26,941 bases of DNA from contig NC_057752.1 of NCBI RefSeq assembly GCF_004010195.1, positions 4,603,738-4,630,678 on the forward strand, given 5' to 3'. This document shows, one piece after another, positions 1-9,457 of the stretch. Every line of letters begins with the position of its first letter. Positions within the stretch are counted from its first letter, which is position 1. The DNA is from Chiloscyllium plagiosum. Lineage: Eukaryota. Made by a program: the position numbers and the translations under genes. A model generated the notes under the pieces. It made no database searches. It had not been told where the DNA came from and was given only the letters and a program-made list of their open reading frames with translations.

Positions 1-31
1 CAAAGCCACCCAGTGCCATTTGCCTGGCAGG

Positions 32-295
32 AACATTTTTAAGGTGAGATTCCATGGGGGCAATTTTTTTAAACAAAGCATTGTTCATGTTTGAAATGAA
101 CGTCCAGAAGAAATGGTGAATGTGGGTACAGTTACAATGTTTCAAAGACATTGTGATAAGTACATGAATAAGAAATTATTGGAGGGATATGGGCTGAACA
201 CAGGCTGGTGGGACTCGTTTAGTTTGGGATTATGGTTGGCATGGACTGGTTGGATTGAAGGGTCTGTTCCCAAGCTGTATGACTCTATGACTCTA
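32..295 (+). mobile_element. 5'-truncated CR1 (HER1-like) LINE 3' end inserted into Gypsy pol
   Basis: Similar to the CR1 3' ends at 15870-16210 and 23192-23376 (gtgggtacagttacaatgttt...gaagggtctgtt) and ends in a (gactctat)n tail. It splits PVPFAWQE from AEIRRL. Confidence 0.9.
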
Positions 296-1850
296 CAGGC
301 AGAGATCAGGAGGCTGAAAAGCATCAAAGCAATGCAGTTTGTGGGATGGGCAGCGCCAGCCATACCGATTGTGAAGCCAGACAGGTCAGTTTGTCTTTGT
401 GAGGATTTTAAAATGGTAAAGCATTTCTTGCAGCTGGATAAATACCCACTTCCTCGCACAGAGGATTTATACATAACACTGGCAGTGTGAAGCTGAACAT
501 GAGCCACGCCTACCTGCAATTACAGTTAGATGAGGATTCCCAGAACTATGTTACAATTAATACCCAGAAGAATCCATTCTGGTTTTAAACTTTCTGGACA
601 CCCTTCTTGTCACCGCTGACAATATCAGACTGTGGACACAAAAAGATCCAGTCCTGGCAAAACTAAAACAGCTGGTGCTGATGGGGGAAACAGAAGGGCC
701 AAAACAACCAGAACTGAAGCTTTTCTGGACCCAGAGAGACCAGATCACAACATTACAATGGAGGAGCCAGAGCGATTGTCCGAAGTAAATTTCACCACCA
801 GATACTGGCTGAGCCTCACCAGGGGTGTCCAGAATAAAGATGTTGGCAAAATGTTATGTCTGGTCGCCAGGATTGGATGCAGACATAGCCGCATTGGTGG
901 GGCAAGGCCCAGAGTGCCAACGATAACAGCAGCTCACCCACATTTGTGGGGATGGCCAGATAAATCCTGTGCTCAGTTACACATCGACTATGCTGGTCAT
1001 TTCATGGGTTCAATGTTCTTGGCCATTGTGGATGACCATTCAAAGTGATCGGACGTGCATGGAGTTCATCCGTCAACCTCGAGGAGACGAATGAAAAGCT
1101 GCTAGCATCGTTCACAATACACGGACTCCTGGCAGGATTGGTCACAGACAATGAGATGTCATTGACCAGCAGGGAATCTGCGTATTTGCTAAAGTCAAGT
1201 GGCATTTAGCACATAAGGATAGCTCCATACCACCTGTCATCCAACAGTCTGGCGGAAAGAGCAGTCCTAACGTTGAAGGCAGGTTTAAAGAAACAGCCTA
1301 CAGCTTCACTCGATACCAAAGTGTCCTGGTTCCTGTTCGATGATAGGATCATCCCTCATGCAACCGCAAGGAGAGCTCCAGCAGAGTTGCTAATGGGGAG
1401 GAGACTCCCCACCAGGTTAAACCCGATATTCCTAGACCTGGGGGGGAGGGTGAAACGGCAGCAGGAACACCAATGTCAGTCACATGCTTCCTCGAAGTGA
1501 CAGAGACAGTTTACCTCAGGGGACGAAGTCTGGTGTCGAAACCACAGGAATGGCCCGGTATGAGTGCGAGGTCAGGTCCTGTGCTGTACAAAGTTCGGGT
1601 AGGGTAGGCGGTCCTGAACAAACATGTTCAACCACGCAAACGGGGCAAAAGCAAAACATACCCAGCCCCTCAGAATAGCCAGAAGGCCTGTCAGAAACCA
1701 TGGGTTCTACTCCTCTGTCCAGCGTCAAAGAAACCTCAAAGTCCGAGATGCATGCAGCCTTGATATCGTTACCACTGGAAGAAGAGGACGAAACTCGATC
1801 GAGATCTTCCAGATGCAAGAGATGGACTACGGTCCAGTACATGCTGCCTG
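296..1850 (+). pseudogene. Gypsy pol pseudogene (RT N-terminus plus integrase; frameshifts, stops, internal deletion)
   Basis: Motifs are spread over several frames with in-frame stops. The first catalytic RT Asp reads Asn (KLN, 490-498). No YxDD or RNase H sequence is present. Confidence 0.88.
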
Positions 1851-1952
1851 TATCAGAGTCAGTCAGAGGAACCAGATCGGGGATGAAAATGACCCAAGGG
1901 AAGCTACAAGAAAGAGAACAGGCCAACATCCCTGGACTGAGTTGGGCAGGGA

Positions 1953-2188
1953 TGTAGTGATTGGAATGAGATTGGCCAGGTGGATCACATTGACTATGAG
2001 TTCCCTGATTGGGGCTGTTAATCTGGGTCAATGAGGGAGTCCTGGCTGACAGATAGAAACAGGAGATTCAGTCGGGCTCCTCAGTCCAGTGGCTCACTTT
2101 GAGCTGGCTGGTCACAGCCCATGCCTAGTCCACATGTAAACAAACAGTGATTTGGTGATGAGATACTGGCCTTTGTGCAGTTATTTCA
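1953..2188 (+). mobile_element. 3' LTR of the Gypsy element (~236 bp)
   Basis: Starts TGTAGTGAT directly after the purine tract and ends GTTATTTCA (TG...CA). A degenerate poly(A)-signal-like gtaaacaaac lies ~50 bp before the end. The right boundary is inferred because the partner LTR is outside the window. Confidence 0.7.
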
Positions 2189-2438
2189 GGTCCAGTTCCT
2201 GCTCTCCCTGTTACCTCTCCAATTATGACACATAGTCAATCAGGTCCCAGTTCAGGGACTTGATGTCAGGGAGAGGATGGGCACCCAAGAGAATGCCACC
2301 CTCACTTCTAACAACATGAGCACCACCATGGAAATTCCAGCTTTCCATAAAACCTATCTGTGGGGATCCAAAACACTGGGACGCAGCAGATACTGCGATT
2401 GGGAGAATGGATAGGATCACCAGAAGCAAACAAATTAT

Positions 2439-2953
2439 TCTCTCTCTCTCTCTCTGTGTGAATGGGGAAGTGTTTCTGTCTTTCTCTCTCTCTGGGTCAA
2501 TGGGGAAGTGTTTCTGTCTCTTTCTCTCTGGGTAAATGGGGAAGTGTTACTGTCTCTCTCTCTCTGGGTCAATGGGGAAGTGTTTCTGTCTCTCTTTCTC
2601 TCTCTCGGTGAATGGGGAAGTGGTTGTGTCTCTCTCTGGGTGAATGGGGAAGTGTTTCTCTCTCTCTCTAACTCTGTCTGGGTGAATGCAGAAGTGTTTC
2701 TGGGTCTCACTCTGGGTGAATGGGGAAGTGATTGTGTGTCTCTCTCTCTCTTTCTGAGTGAATGGGGAAGTGTTTCTGTCTCGCTCTCTCTCTGCGTGAA
2801 TGGGGAAGTGTTTCTCTCTCCCTCTCTGGGTGAATTGGAAGTGTTTCTGTCTCACTCTCTCTGGGTGAATGGAGAAATGTTCCTCTCTCTCTCTCTCTGG
2901 GTGAATGGGGAAAGGTTTCTGTCTCTCTCTCTCTGGGTGAATGGGGAAGTGCT

Positions 2954-2984
<31 letters not shown>

Positions 2985-3144
2985 GGGTGAATGGGGAAGT
3001 GTTTCTCTCTCCCTCTCTGGGTGAATGGGGAAGTGTTTCTGTCTCTCTCTCTCTCTGGGTGAATGGGGAAGTGTCTCTGTCTCTCTCTATCTCTGGGTGA
3101 ATGTGGAAGTGTTTCTTTCTCTCTCTCTCTCTCTCTCTGGGTGA
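2439..3144. repeat. Compound minisatellite: (ctgggtgaatggggaagtgtttctgt + (ct)n), about 18 units of ~32-50 bp
   Basis: Directly visible tandem units with a constant core and a variable CT tract; truncated by the gap. Confidence 0.97.
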
Positions 3145-3644
3145 NNNNNNNNNNNNNNNNNNNNNNNNNNNNNNNNNNNNNNNNNNNNNNNNNNNNNNNN
3201 NNNNNNNNNNNNNNNNNNNNNNNNNNNNNNNNNNNNNNNNNNNNNNNNNNNNNNNNNNNNNNNNNNNNNNNNNNNNNNNNNNNNNNNNNNNNNNNNNNNN
3301 NNNNNNNNNNNNNNNNNNNNNNNNNNNNNNNNNNNNNNNNNNNNNNNNNNNNNNNNNNNNNNNNNNNNNNNNNNNNNNNNNNNNNNNNNNNNNNNNNNNN
3401 NNNNNNNNNNNNNNNNNNNNNNNNNNNNNNNNNNNNNNNNNNNNNNNNNNNNNNNNNNNNNNNNNNNNNNNNNNNNNNNNNNNNNNNNNNNNNNNNNNNN
3501 NNNNNNNNNNNNNNNNNNNNNNNNNNNNNNNNNNNNNNNNNNNNNNNNNNNNNNNNNNNNNNNNNNNNNNNNNNNNNNNNNNNNNNNNNNNNNNNNNNNN
3601 NNNNNNNNNNNNNNNNNNNNNNNNNNNNNNNNNNNNNNNNNNNN
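3145..3644. other. Assembly gap (exactly 500 N; placeholder size)
   Basis: Run of N. The round length suggests a scaffolding join of unknown true size. Confidence 0.99.
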
Positions 3645-4159
3645 TTGAAAACAGAATACTTCAAAACACATAAATGGGTTTACAAGCTGATAGTGCTAAG
3701 TTACACACACTGTCACTGATAAATGCTGCTCTCCAGCACCAGTCTCCTTGTTTTGAATGCAGAGGGCTTGCAAGGAGCAATCAGGATCTGATTTCAGTGT
3801 TTGGCACTTGCTGTTCGTGCCAACAGCAGGCCCTGGATCCAAGCTGTGGGATTTGCAGGATGCACCACATTAACTAGGCCTGCCTAACATCCAAACAAAA
3901 AAAAAAATTCAAAGCAGATTTTCACTGAAGGGCCTCGGGGACTGAAGAACACAGCGCACTGGACCATTGACAGAACGCAATCAGAATCGGATGGCCGAGG
4001 GCAAAGGAGCAGAGATTCCAGTGTGCGGCAACAGGACGAGACAGAGTCTGTGCCCTTCAGTGGCACCGGGCCTGCCCTGGGAGGTGAAGCCTCCTAACGC
4101 CAAAGAGCTTCTGTCATGGCGGGTCATTAACTCGGGCTTTCGAGTGGCTCCAAATCCTT

Positions 4160-4290
4160 CTCATTTGCATTTACACAAGGGACCACTTGTGAGGGAGACA
4201 ATAAATAAATCGCTGTGACTCACGGACAAATTGATTGGACTGCACGTGGGAGCCAGTTTAAAAGTGGGTCATTGTACTGTGCCAAGGCAA
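4160..4290. promoter_or_regulatory. Candidate enhancer/promoter motif cluster
   Basis: Octamer ATTTGCAT 4163-4170, AP-1 TGACTCA 4216-4222, ATTGG 4234-4238, E-box CACGTG 4243-4248, TTTAAAA 4257-4263, then GGGTCA and TGCCAA, all in apparently non-repeat sequence. Confidence 0.35.
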
Positions 4291-4724
4291 GCCATGCACT
4301 TGCTCAGGACTCCAACTTCCTGCTTTCAATTACTTGCTTTTCAATGTTGATTTGGCCTGTGCTGAGAAAATGGATTAATCCCACACTTAGCAACAGTCTT
4401 CCAGGCGCCGTTCACCCTCCATCTTCTCTCCCAAAATGGTTAGCACAGTGATTTGTGCCACGGGCACCAAGTGCCAACAAGCTTCACCATGTGCAGTGGC
4501 ATTAATCGCCAAGTCCAGTGCCACCTTGACCCAACAGGGTGCATGTTCCAGTGTGGGATGTTGGAAAGCCTCAGAAAGGAGATACCTTCTTGACCCGAAA
4601 CTAATTACAACCCCCCAGCCCTTTATCCAAACCCCAGCCCCGTCCTCTCACCCTGTCTGAGTTCAGGTAACTGGGAGCTCCCTAATCCAGTAAAAAACCA
4701 CTCACTGGAGGAACATGCAGGACT

Positions 4725-5303
4725 GTCGTCATTTATATAAATGATTTGGATGTGAGCATAAGAGGTACAGTTAGTAATTTTGCAGATGACACCAAAATTG
4801 GGAGTATTGAGTACAGGAGTTGGGAGGTCATGTTGCGGCTGTACAGGACATTGGTTAGACCACTTGTTGGAATATTGCATGCAATTCTGGTCTCCTTCCT
4901 TTCGGAAAGATGTTGTGAAACTTGAAAGGGTTCAGAAAAGATTTACAAGGATGTTGCCAGAGTTGGAGGATCTGAGCTTAGGGAGAGGCTGAACAGGCTG
5001 GGGCTGTTTTCCCTGGAGCGTCGGAGGCTGAGGGGCGACCTTATAGAGGTTTATAAAATCATGAAGGGCTTGGATACGGTAAATAGACAAAGTCTTTTTC
5101 CCAGAGTGGGGGAGTCTTGAACTCGAGGGCATAGGTTTAGGGAGAGAGGGGAAAGATATAAAAGAGACCTAAGGAGCAATGTTTTCATGCAGAAGGTGAT
5201 GTGTGTATGGAATGAGCTGCCAGAGGAAGTGGTGGAGGCTGGTACAATTACAGCATTTAAAAGGCATCTGGATGGGTATATGAATAGGAAGGGTTTGGAG
5301 GGA
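4725..5303 (+). mobile_element. CR1 LINE ORF2 fragment (RT motif to C-terminus), internally deleted, lacking its 3' tail
   Basis: IYINDLDVSIRGTVSNFADDTKIG is joined directly to SIEYRSWEVMLRLYRTLVRP, then [28 protein letters not shown] and WNELPEEVVEAGTITAFKRHLD. Confidence 0.95.
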
Positions 5304-6149
5304 CTAACACAGATAACTTCTCCCAATCTACCCTCTCTGTTTCCCTACTTTCTCATGTTGTGTTCGCTCTGGCCCAGTCCCCCGGGCTTTCAGCACGAAT
5401 TCACACAGGCAAAAAAGAAACTCAATGTTCGGAGCTCACAACCATCCAAGAGGGAGGGGTGGGGAGGGTGAAAATCAGTTAAACTTGCAAACTGACCCAT
5501 ACAGGTCTGACTCATCTGGTATACTCCACAACAGAGCCCCAGAAGGACCAGTAAGTTCATTTGCTCACCACCATTCAGTTCAACCCTGAACTTTGACCTC
5601 CCGAGCTATACAGGGTTCAACAGCTTTGCACAGCTCCATCTTGCTTCCAACACTTGCTCGAGAGACTGAGCAGTAAAATTGACAGCAAGGGCCAGGAGAG
5701 AAAGGAACGTTCAAACCAAAACCGGGGGGGGGGGGGGGGTGTCAATAGCAGAGTGTTGAAATAACAGGGAATAATTAGATCAACTTGTTAAATTCACAGC
5801 TATGGATTAATTAGGGACTTCTGGATCTCACAACGGGAGTGTGTTTAAAACAATGGTAAGCATTAGCTTTTCTTTAAAAACAGCACATGCTTTTAATTTA
5901 AACTCCAATTTGTATTTTTTAAGGTTTGTGGGGCGGGGGGGGGAACTATGAGTAAGTGAATGGATTAATTCGGCCTGAGACATATTTGTGATACAGTTTC
6001 AAGCGAATTGTTAAAGTTATTGCAATGTAAATTCTGTCATCAATCTCCTGCACAAAAGCGGGTCTGGATGGCCAGGAGCAATGACCAGGTCACAGTGGCA
6101 TGATTCAGTCTCTGTTCAAAAGAAATCAAGAGTACATATCCTTTTTCAG

Positions 6150-6833
6150 ACCTTTCAGCCCATCGAGCTTACTCGGCATGATTCGGCTCCCCCATTCAAC
6201 AGGATCATGGCTGATCATCCAACTCAATCCCTTGTTCCTGCTTTCTCCCCCATAGCCTTTAATCGTTTCAGCCCGGTATCTAACTCCTTCTCAAAAACAT
6301 TCAATGCTTTGGCCTCAACCACTTTCTGTGACAGAGAATTCCACAGGGTTCCCACTCTCTGGGTGAAGACATTTCTCCTGCTCAGGGGTTAGCACTGTTG
6401 CCTCACAGCGCCAGGGACCCGGGTTCGACTGTCTGTGTGGAGTTTGCACGTTCTCCCCGTGTCTGCGTGGGTTTCCTCCTACAATCCAAAGATGCGCAGG
6501 TCAGGGTGGATTCGCCATAGTGTTAGGTGCATTAGGCGGGGGTAAATATAGGGTAGGGAAATGGGTCTGGGTGGGTTACTCTTCGGAGGGTCGGTGTGGA
6601 CTTGTTGGGCTGAAGGGCCTGTTTCCACACTGTAGGGAGTCTAATCTCAGTCCGAATTGGCCTATCCTGTATCCCTAGACTGTGACCCCCCTGATCATCA
6701 GGAACATCCTTCCTGCGTTTACCCCGGCTAGTCCTGTTCAGATTTGAGAGGTCTCTGTGAGATTTCCCCCCTCATTCTTCTAAACTCCAGTGAATATAAT
6801 CGTAATGTCTTCATAGGTCAGTCCTGCCATCCC
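6150..6833 (-). mobile_element. Older CR1-family LINE 3' fragment interrupted by an HE1 SINE
   Basis: cattcaacaggatcatggctgatc...gaattccacagg...gtgaagacatttctcct stops at 6379 and resumes as atctcagtcc...ttcttctaaactccagtga after the SINE. Similar to 25921-26215. Confidence 0.8.
6380..6647 (+). mobile_element. HE1-type V-SINE with internal deletions
   Basis: tRNA-like head ggttagcactgttgcctcacagcgccaggga, V-domain gtgtggagtttgcacgttctccccgtgtctgcgtgggtttcctcc, CR1-derived tail gaagggcctgtttccacactgta and a tctaatct end. Confidence 0.93.
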
Positions 6834-7415
6834 ATAAGTCTTTCTGGCAAATACTCGATGTGGAAAAGACGCATAAACATAAAACTCTAATGCTCCCTCG
6901 GTATCGCTTTGTGGACCAAGCCTACATTTGAGTTGCTTTCGGACTGGCACTGCAAGTTTGACTTCAAACTCTTTCAGAAACATGAGTGAGGGGCGACTCA
7001 GAGCTGTATTCGGATCCACTTGATTCCAGGATCCCACGCTGATGTGACTCCCATCCTCCTGCAAAGACTAGTCACCAGGACTGGGGTCTGCAGCCAAGAG
7101 GACTGATTGGCTCCTGCGCAATGCTTTATGGCACAGGGGGTTTGCCACCAAGTCGTGCCATAATTCTGGGGTTGGGGGGGGGGGGGGGGGGATGTTCTTC
7201 TATTCACTGCCACCTCAGGTGGCTCAGTGCAGCTCTGCAGACACGGTCACCCCCTCCCTGAGGGGGGACTCGGCCTGCAGCAAGGTTGTTGGTGAAAAGC
7301 AACTATTTTTGGTTAGGACGCTTGGAGTTGCTTTATCCACAGGGAACCCCTCTGCTTTGTGAAATAGCCAAGTGAACGCTTCAGCAGCCTGCTTGAACGA
7401 TGCCCCCAGGTAACT

Positions 7416-7440
7416 ACACACACACACACACACACACACA
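7416..7440. repeat. (CA)n microsatellite
   Basis: Perfect AC run. Confidence 0.95.
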
Positions 7441-7627
7441 AAAAAAGCTTATTTAAAAACAACACAAAAAAGGTCAATTACCAAGGCGCCCAGAGCTTCT
7501 CTGTTAAAGAGTTTGGAAACCTGTGCCACAAAATGACCTTAAAACGCCCATTGTATATCAATCAGTGGCATGGTCTTTCCTCGCTGTTGCCTGTGGCTCG
7601 ATTTGTTTCTAACGGTATGTCGAAAAG

Positions 7628-7882
7628 GAGTGCAGCACAGAAACAGACCCTTCGGTCCAACACATCCACGCCGACCCAGATATCCCCAACCTAATCCAGT
7701 CCCATTTGTCAGCACCTGGCCCATATCCCTCCAAACCCTTCCTATTCATATACCCACCCACATGCCTTTTAAATGCTGTAATTGTACCAGCCTCCACCAT
7801 TTCTTCTGGCAGCTCATTCCATACACGCAACACCCTGTGTGTGAAAAAGTTGCCCCTCAGGTCCCTTTTATATCTTTCCCCT
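7628..7882 (-). mobile_element. CR1 (HER1-like) LINE 3' fragment
   Basis: Minus frame RYKRDLRGNFFTHRVLRVWNELPEEMVEAGTITAFKRH plus the 3' UTR. Confidence 0.95.
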
Positions 7883-7904
7883 CCCGCCGGACTCACTGCC
7901 TAGT

Positions 7905-8258
7905 CATACACCTCCCCTCCGAGCCACTCATCAACCAGACTTGGAAATACATTGTCGCTCCCCCAGTGTCGCTGGGTCAAAAATCCTGGATCTCCCCCTC
8001 GAACAGGTCTCCATACAAAAGGTCAGAAGTCACATGACACCAGGTTATAGTCAGACAGGTTTATCTGAACGCTTGGGATTTCAAAGTGAACCTGTCGGAT
8101 TATAACCTGGTATCATGTGACTTCTGACCTTGTCCACCCCCAATCCAGCACTGGCACCTCCACATCAGGGTCTACCTACAGCACAGCTCAAGGTGGTAGC
8201 TCACCACCACCTTCTCAAGGGGTACTTAGGGATGGGTAATAAATGCTGCCCCTACCCA
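7905..8258 (+). mobile_element. 3' end of a second CR1-clade LINE family, split by a Penelope-related insertion
   Basis: gacttggaaatacattg..gtcgctgggtcaaaaatcctgga (to ~8005) resumes at gggtctacctaca..agctcaccaccaccttctcaaggg..tagggatgggtaataaatgctg. The same family occurs on the minus strand at 11683-12535. Confidence 0.75.
8015..8167. mobile_element. Palindromic Penelope-like element remnant (inverted pseudo-LTR fragments)
   Basis: Inverted arms at 8019-8069 and 8080-8131 are seen directly. The sequence resembles the recalled shark repeat caccaggttatagtccaacaggttt...; the Penelope assignment is from memory. Confidence 0.6.
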
Positions 8259-9049
8259 GCAATGCTCTCGGCCTCCAAATTTACTTCAAAAGGTACCTCG
8301 GTTTGTCCAGCTTTGTCCTTTCGAAGCCTGCACTGTAACTATTGGCCATCCAGCCACATGGGGAGCAAGCAGACCCAGTGCACTACCTCCAAACGCGAAA
8401 CAAAAACCCCAAACAGCTCGAGTAAAAGCAGGGGTGCACCGGAATTGGAAAGATGGCAATGCCCTTTTGCCAGTGCCCAGTGTGGCACACAGAAGGAATC
8501 TCTCATCCTGCTGAATAAACAGCTGCTCTGCTTCCAGCTGACCAGCTCTGAAGTGAACGAAGGGTTCTGAGCGGGTTAGACAGCCACCTGCCAAACACAG
8601 TCAGTCAGAGTCACTGCTGGAGAAAGCAGTGCTCCCAGAATCTGTAATGTGAGCCAATCTTTCACACACATGCTTAACATTTCGGAGTCTCTTTTCTCCC
8701 TCAGTCAATAAGCACCTGCCCAACACTGTCTTGCTCTGCAGGTCTGTACAAATCCCTCCAGGGTGTCTTACACCAAGTCTCAATTTGGACAAAACTGATC
8801 TCTATTCCCTGGAGCCTTCATTGTTTCATGGGATGTCAACAACAGGATACAGTACTTAGCAGCTGCTTTGTCTACCGTAACTTAAAGCCACCCAGCACTG
8901 GTTTTAAAATACTTCGTTAAAGTGTCATGCAGAAAGCAGAGACTCCTGGATCTTAGTTTCGTTGTGTCCAACGTGCCAAGTTGTGTTTCAATCCCTCTCC
9001 ACCCTCACACTCGACTGCATTGAAACACAACCAAGGGCCCCCCTGCCCC

Positions 9050-9210
9050 CGCACTCCGGAAACACTGCCCCCTTCAGGCTTTGCTCTCTCCTTGTCTGTT
9101 CCTCCACTTCCCTCTCCTTAAAACTCACCTCTTTGACCAAGGTTGTGAGCAGCCTGACCCCCCAATAGCTCCTTAATGCTTCAGTGTCCATATTCCCAAC
9201 CTTTGGGAAG
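9050..9210 (+). mobile_element. L2-like LINE 3' fragment
   Basis: ccttaaaactcacctctttgaccaagg (LKTHLF-like ORF2 C-terminus) followed by a degenerate 3' UTR. Confidence 0.6.
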
Positions 9211-9457
9211 AAAGACTCGGTAGAAATGCATTCAGTTCTTGGTGGGCTGTTGTCTCAAACTGAAGCAGATTACAGATGGAAACGGCTCTGTAGACCAGTC
9301 CTTTCCCCAATGTTTCTTTCCAATTTGCTCTTCGTTGTTTAACGCTTCTCCTTCTCCACGGAGATCAAATTAACTCAATGCTCACCTCACAGATCAATGG
9401 CACAGGTTCCATTTGGAACAAAGCTCTTGTGATCCCTGCATGGCCATGAAGGGGTAA

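Larger units (their letters stand above)
1..1952 (+). mobile_element. Internal region of a decayed Ty3/Gypsy LTR retrotransposon (runs off the left edge)
   Basis: Broken pol frames in Gypsy order. 1-33 reads HPVPFAWQE. 296-570 gives the RT N-terminus (AEIRRL..WAAP..VKPDRSVCLCEDFK..DKYPLP..EDLY, then KLNMSHAYLQLQLDEDSQNYVTINTQK). 570-750 is a linker (IRLWTQKDPVLAKLK), followed by an integrase Zn-finger remnant (KMLAKCYVWSPGLDADI..ECQ) and the integrase core (LHIDYAG..VDDHSK; VTDN..APYH.SSNSLAERAV..APAELLMGRRL). A purine tract GGGCAGGGA lies at 1944-1952. Confidence 0.93.

Noticed and set aside
2435..3719. Long ORFs with repeated peptides or X runs; superficially CRISPR-like repeat spacing
   Set aside because: Translations of the minisatellite and the N gap. 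The 'spacers' are only CT tracts, and the context is eukaryotic.
7343..7409. Plus-strand segment with a good acceptor (ctttatccacag) and donor (cag|gtaact)
   Set aside because: Stops in all three frames. At most a non-coding exon, and unsupported without RNA data.
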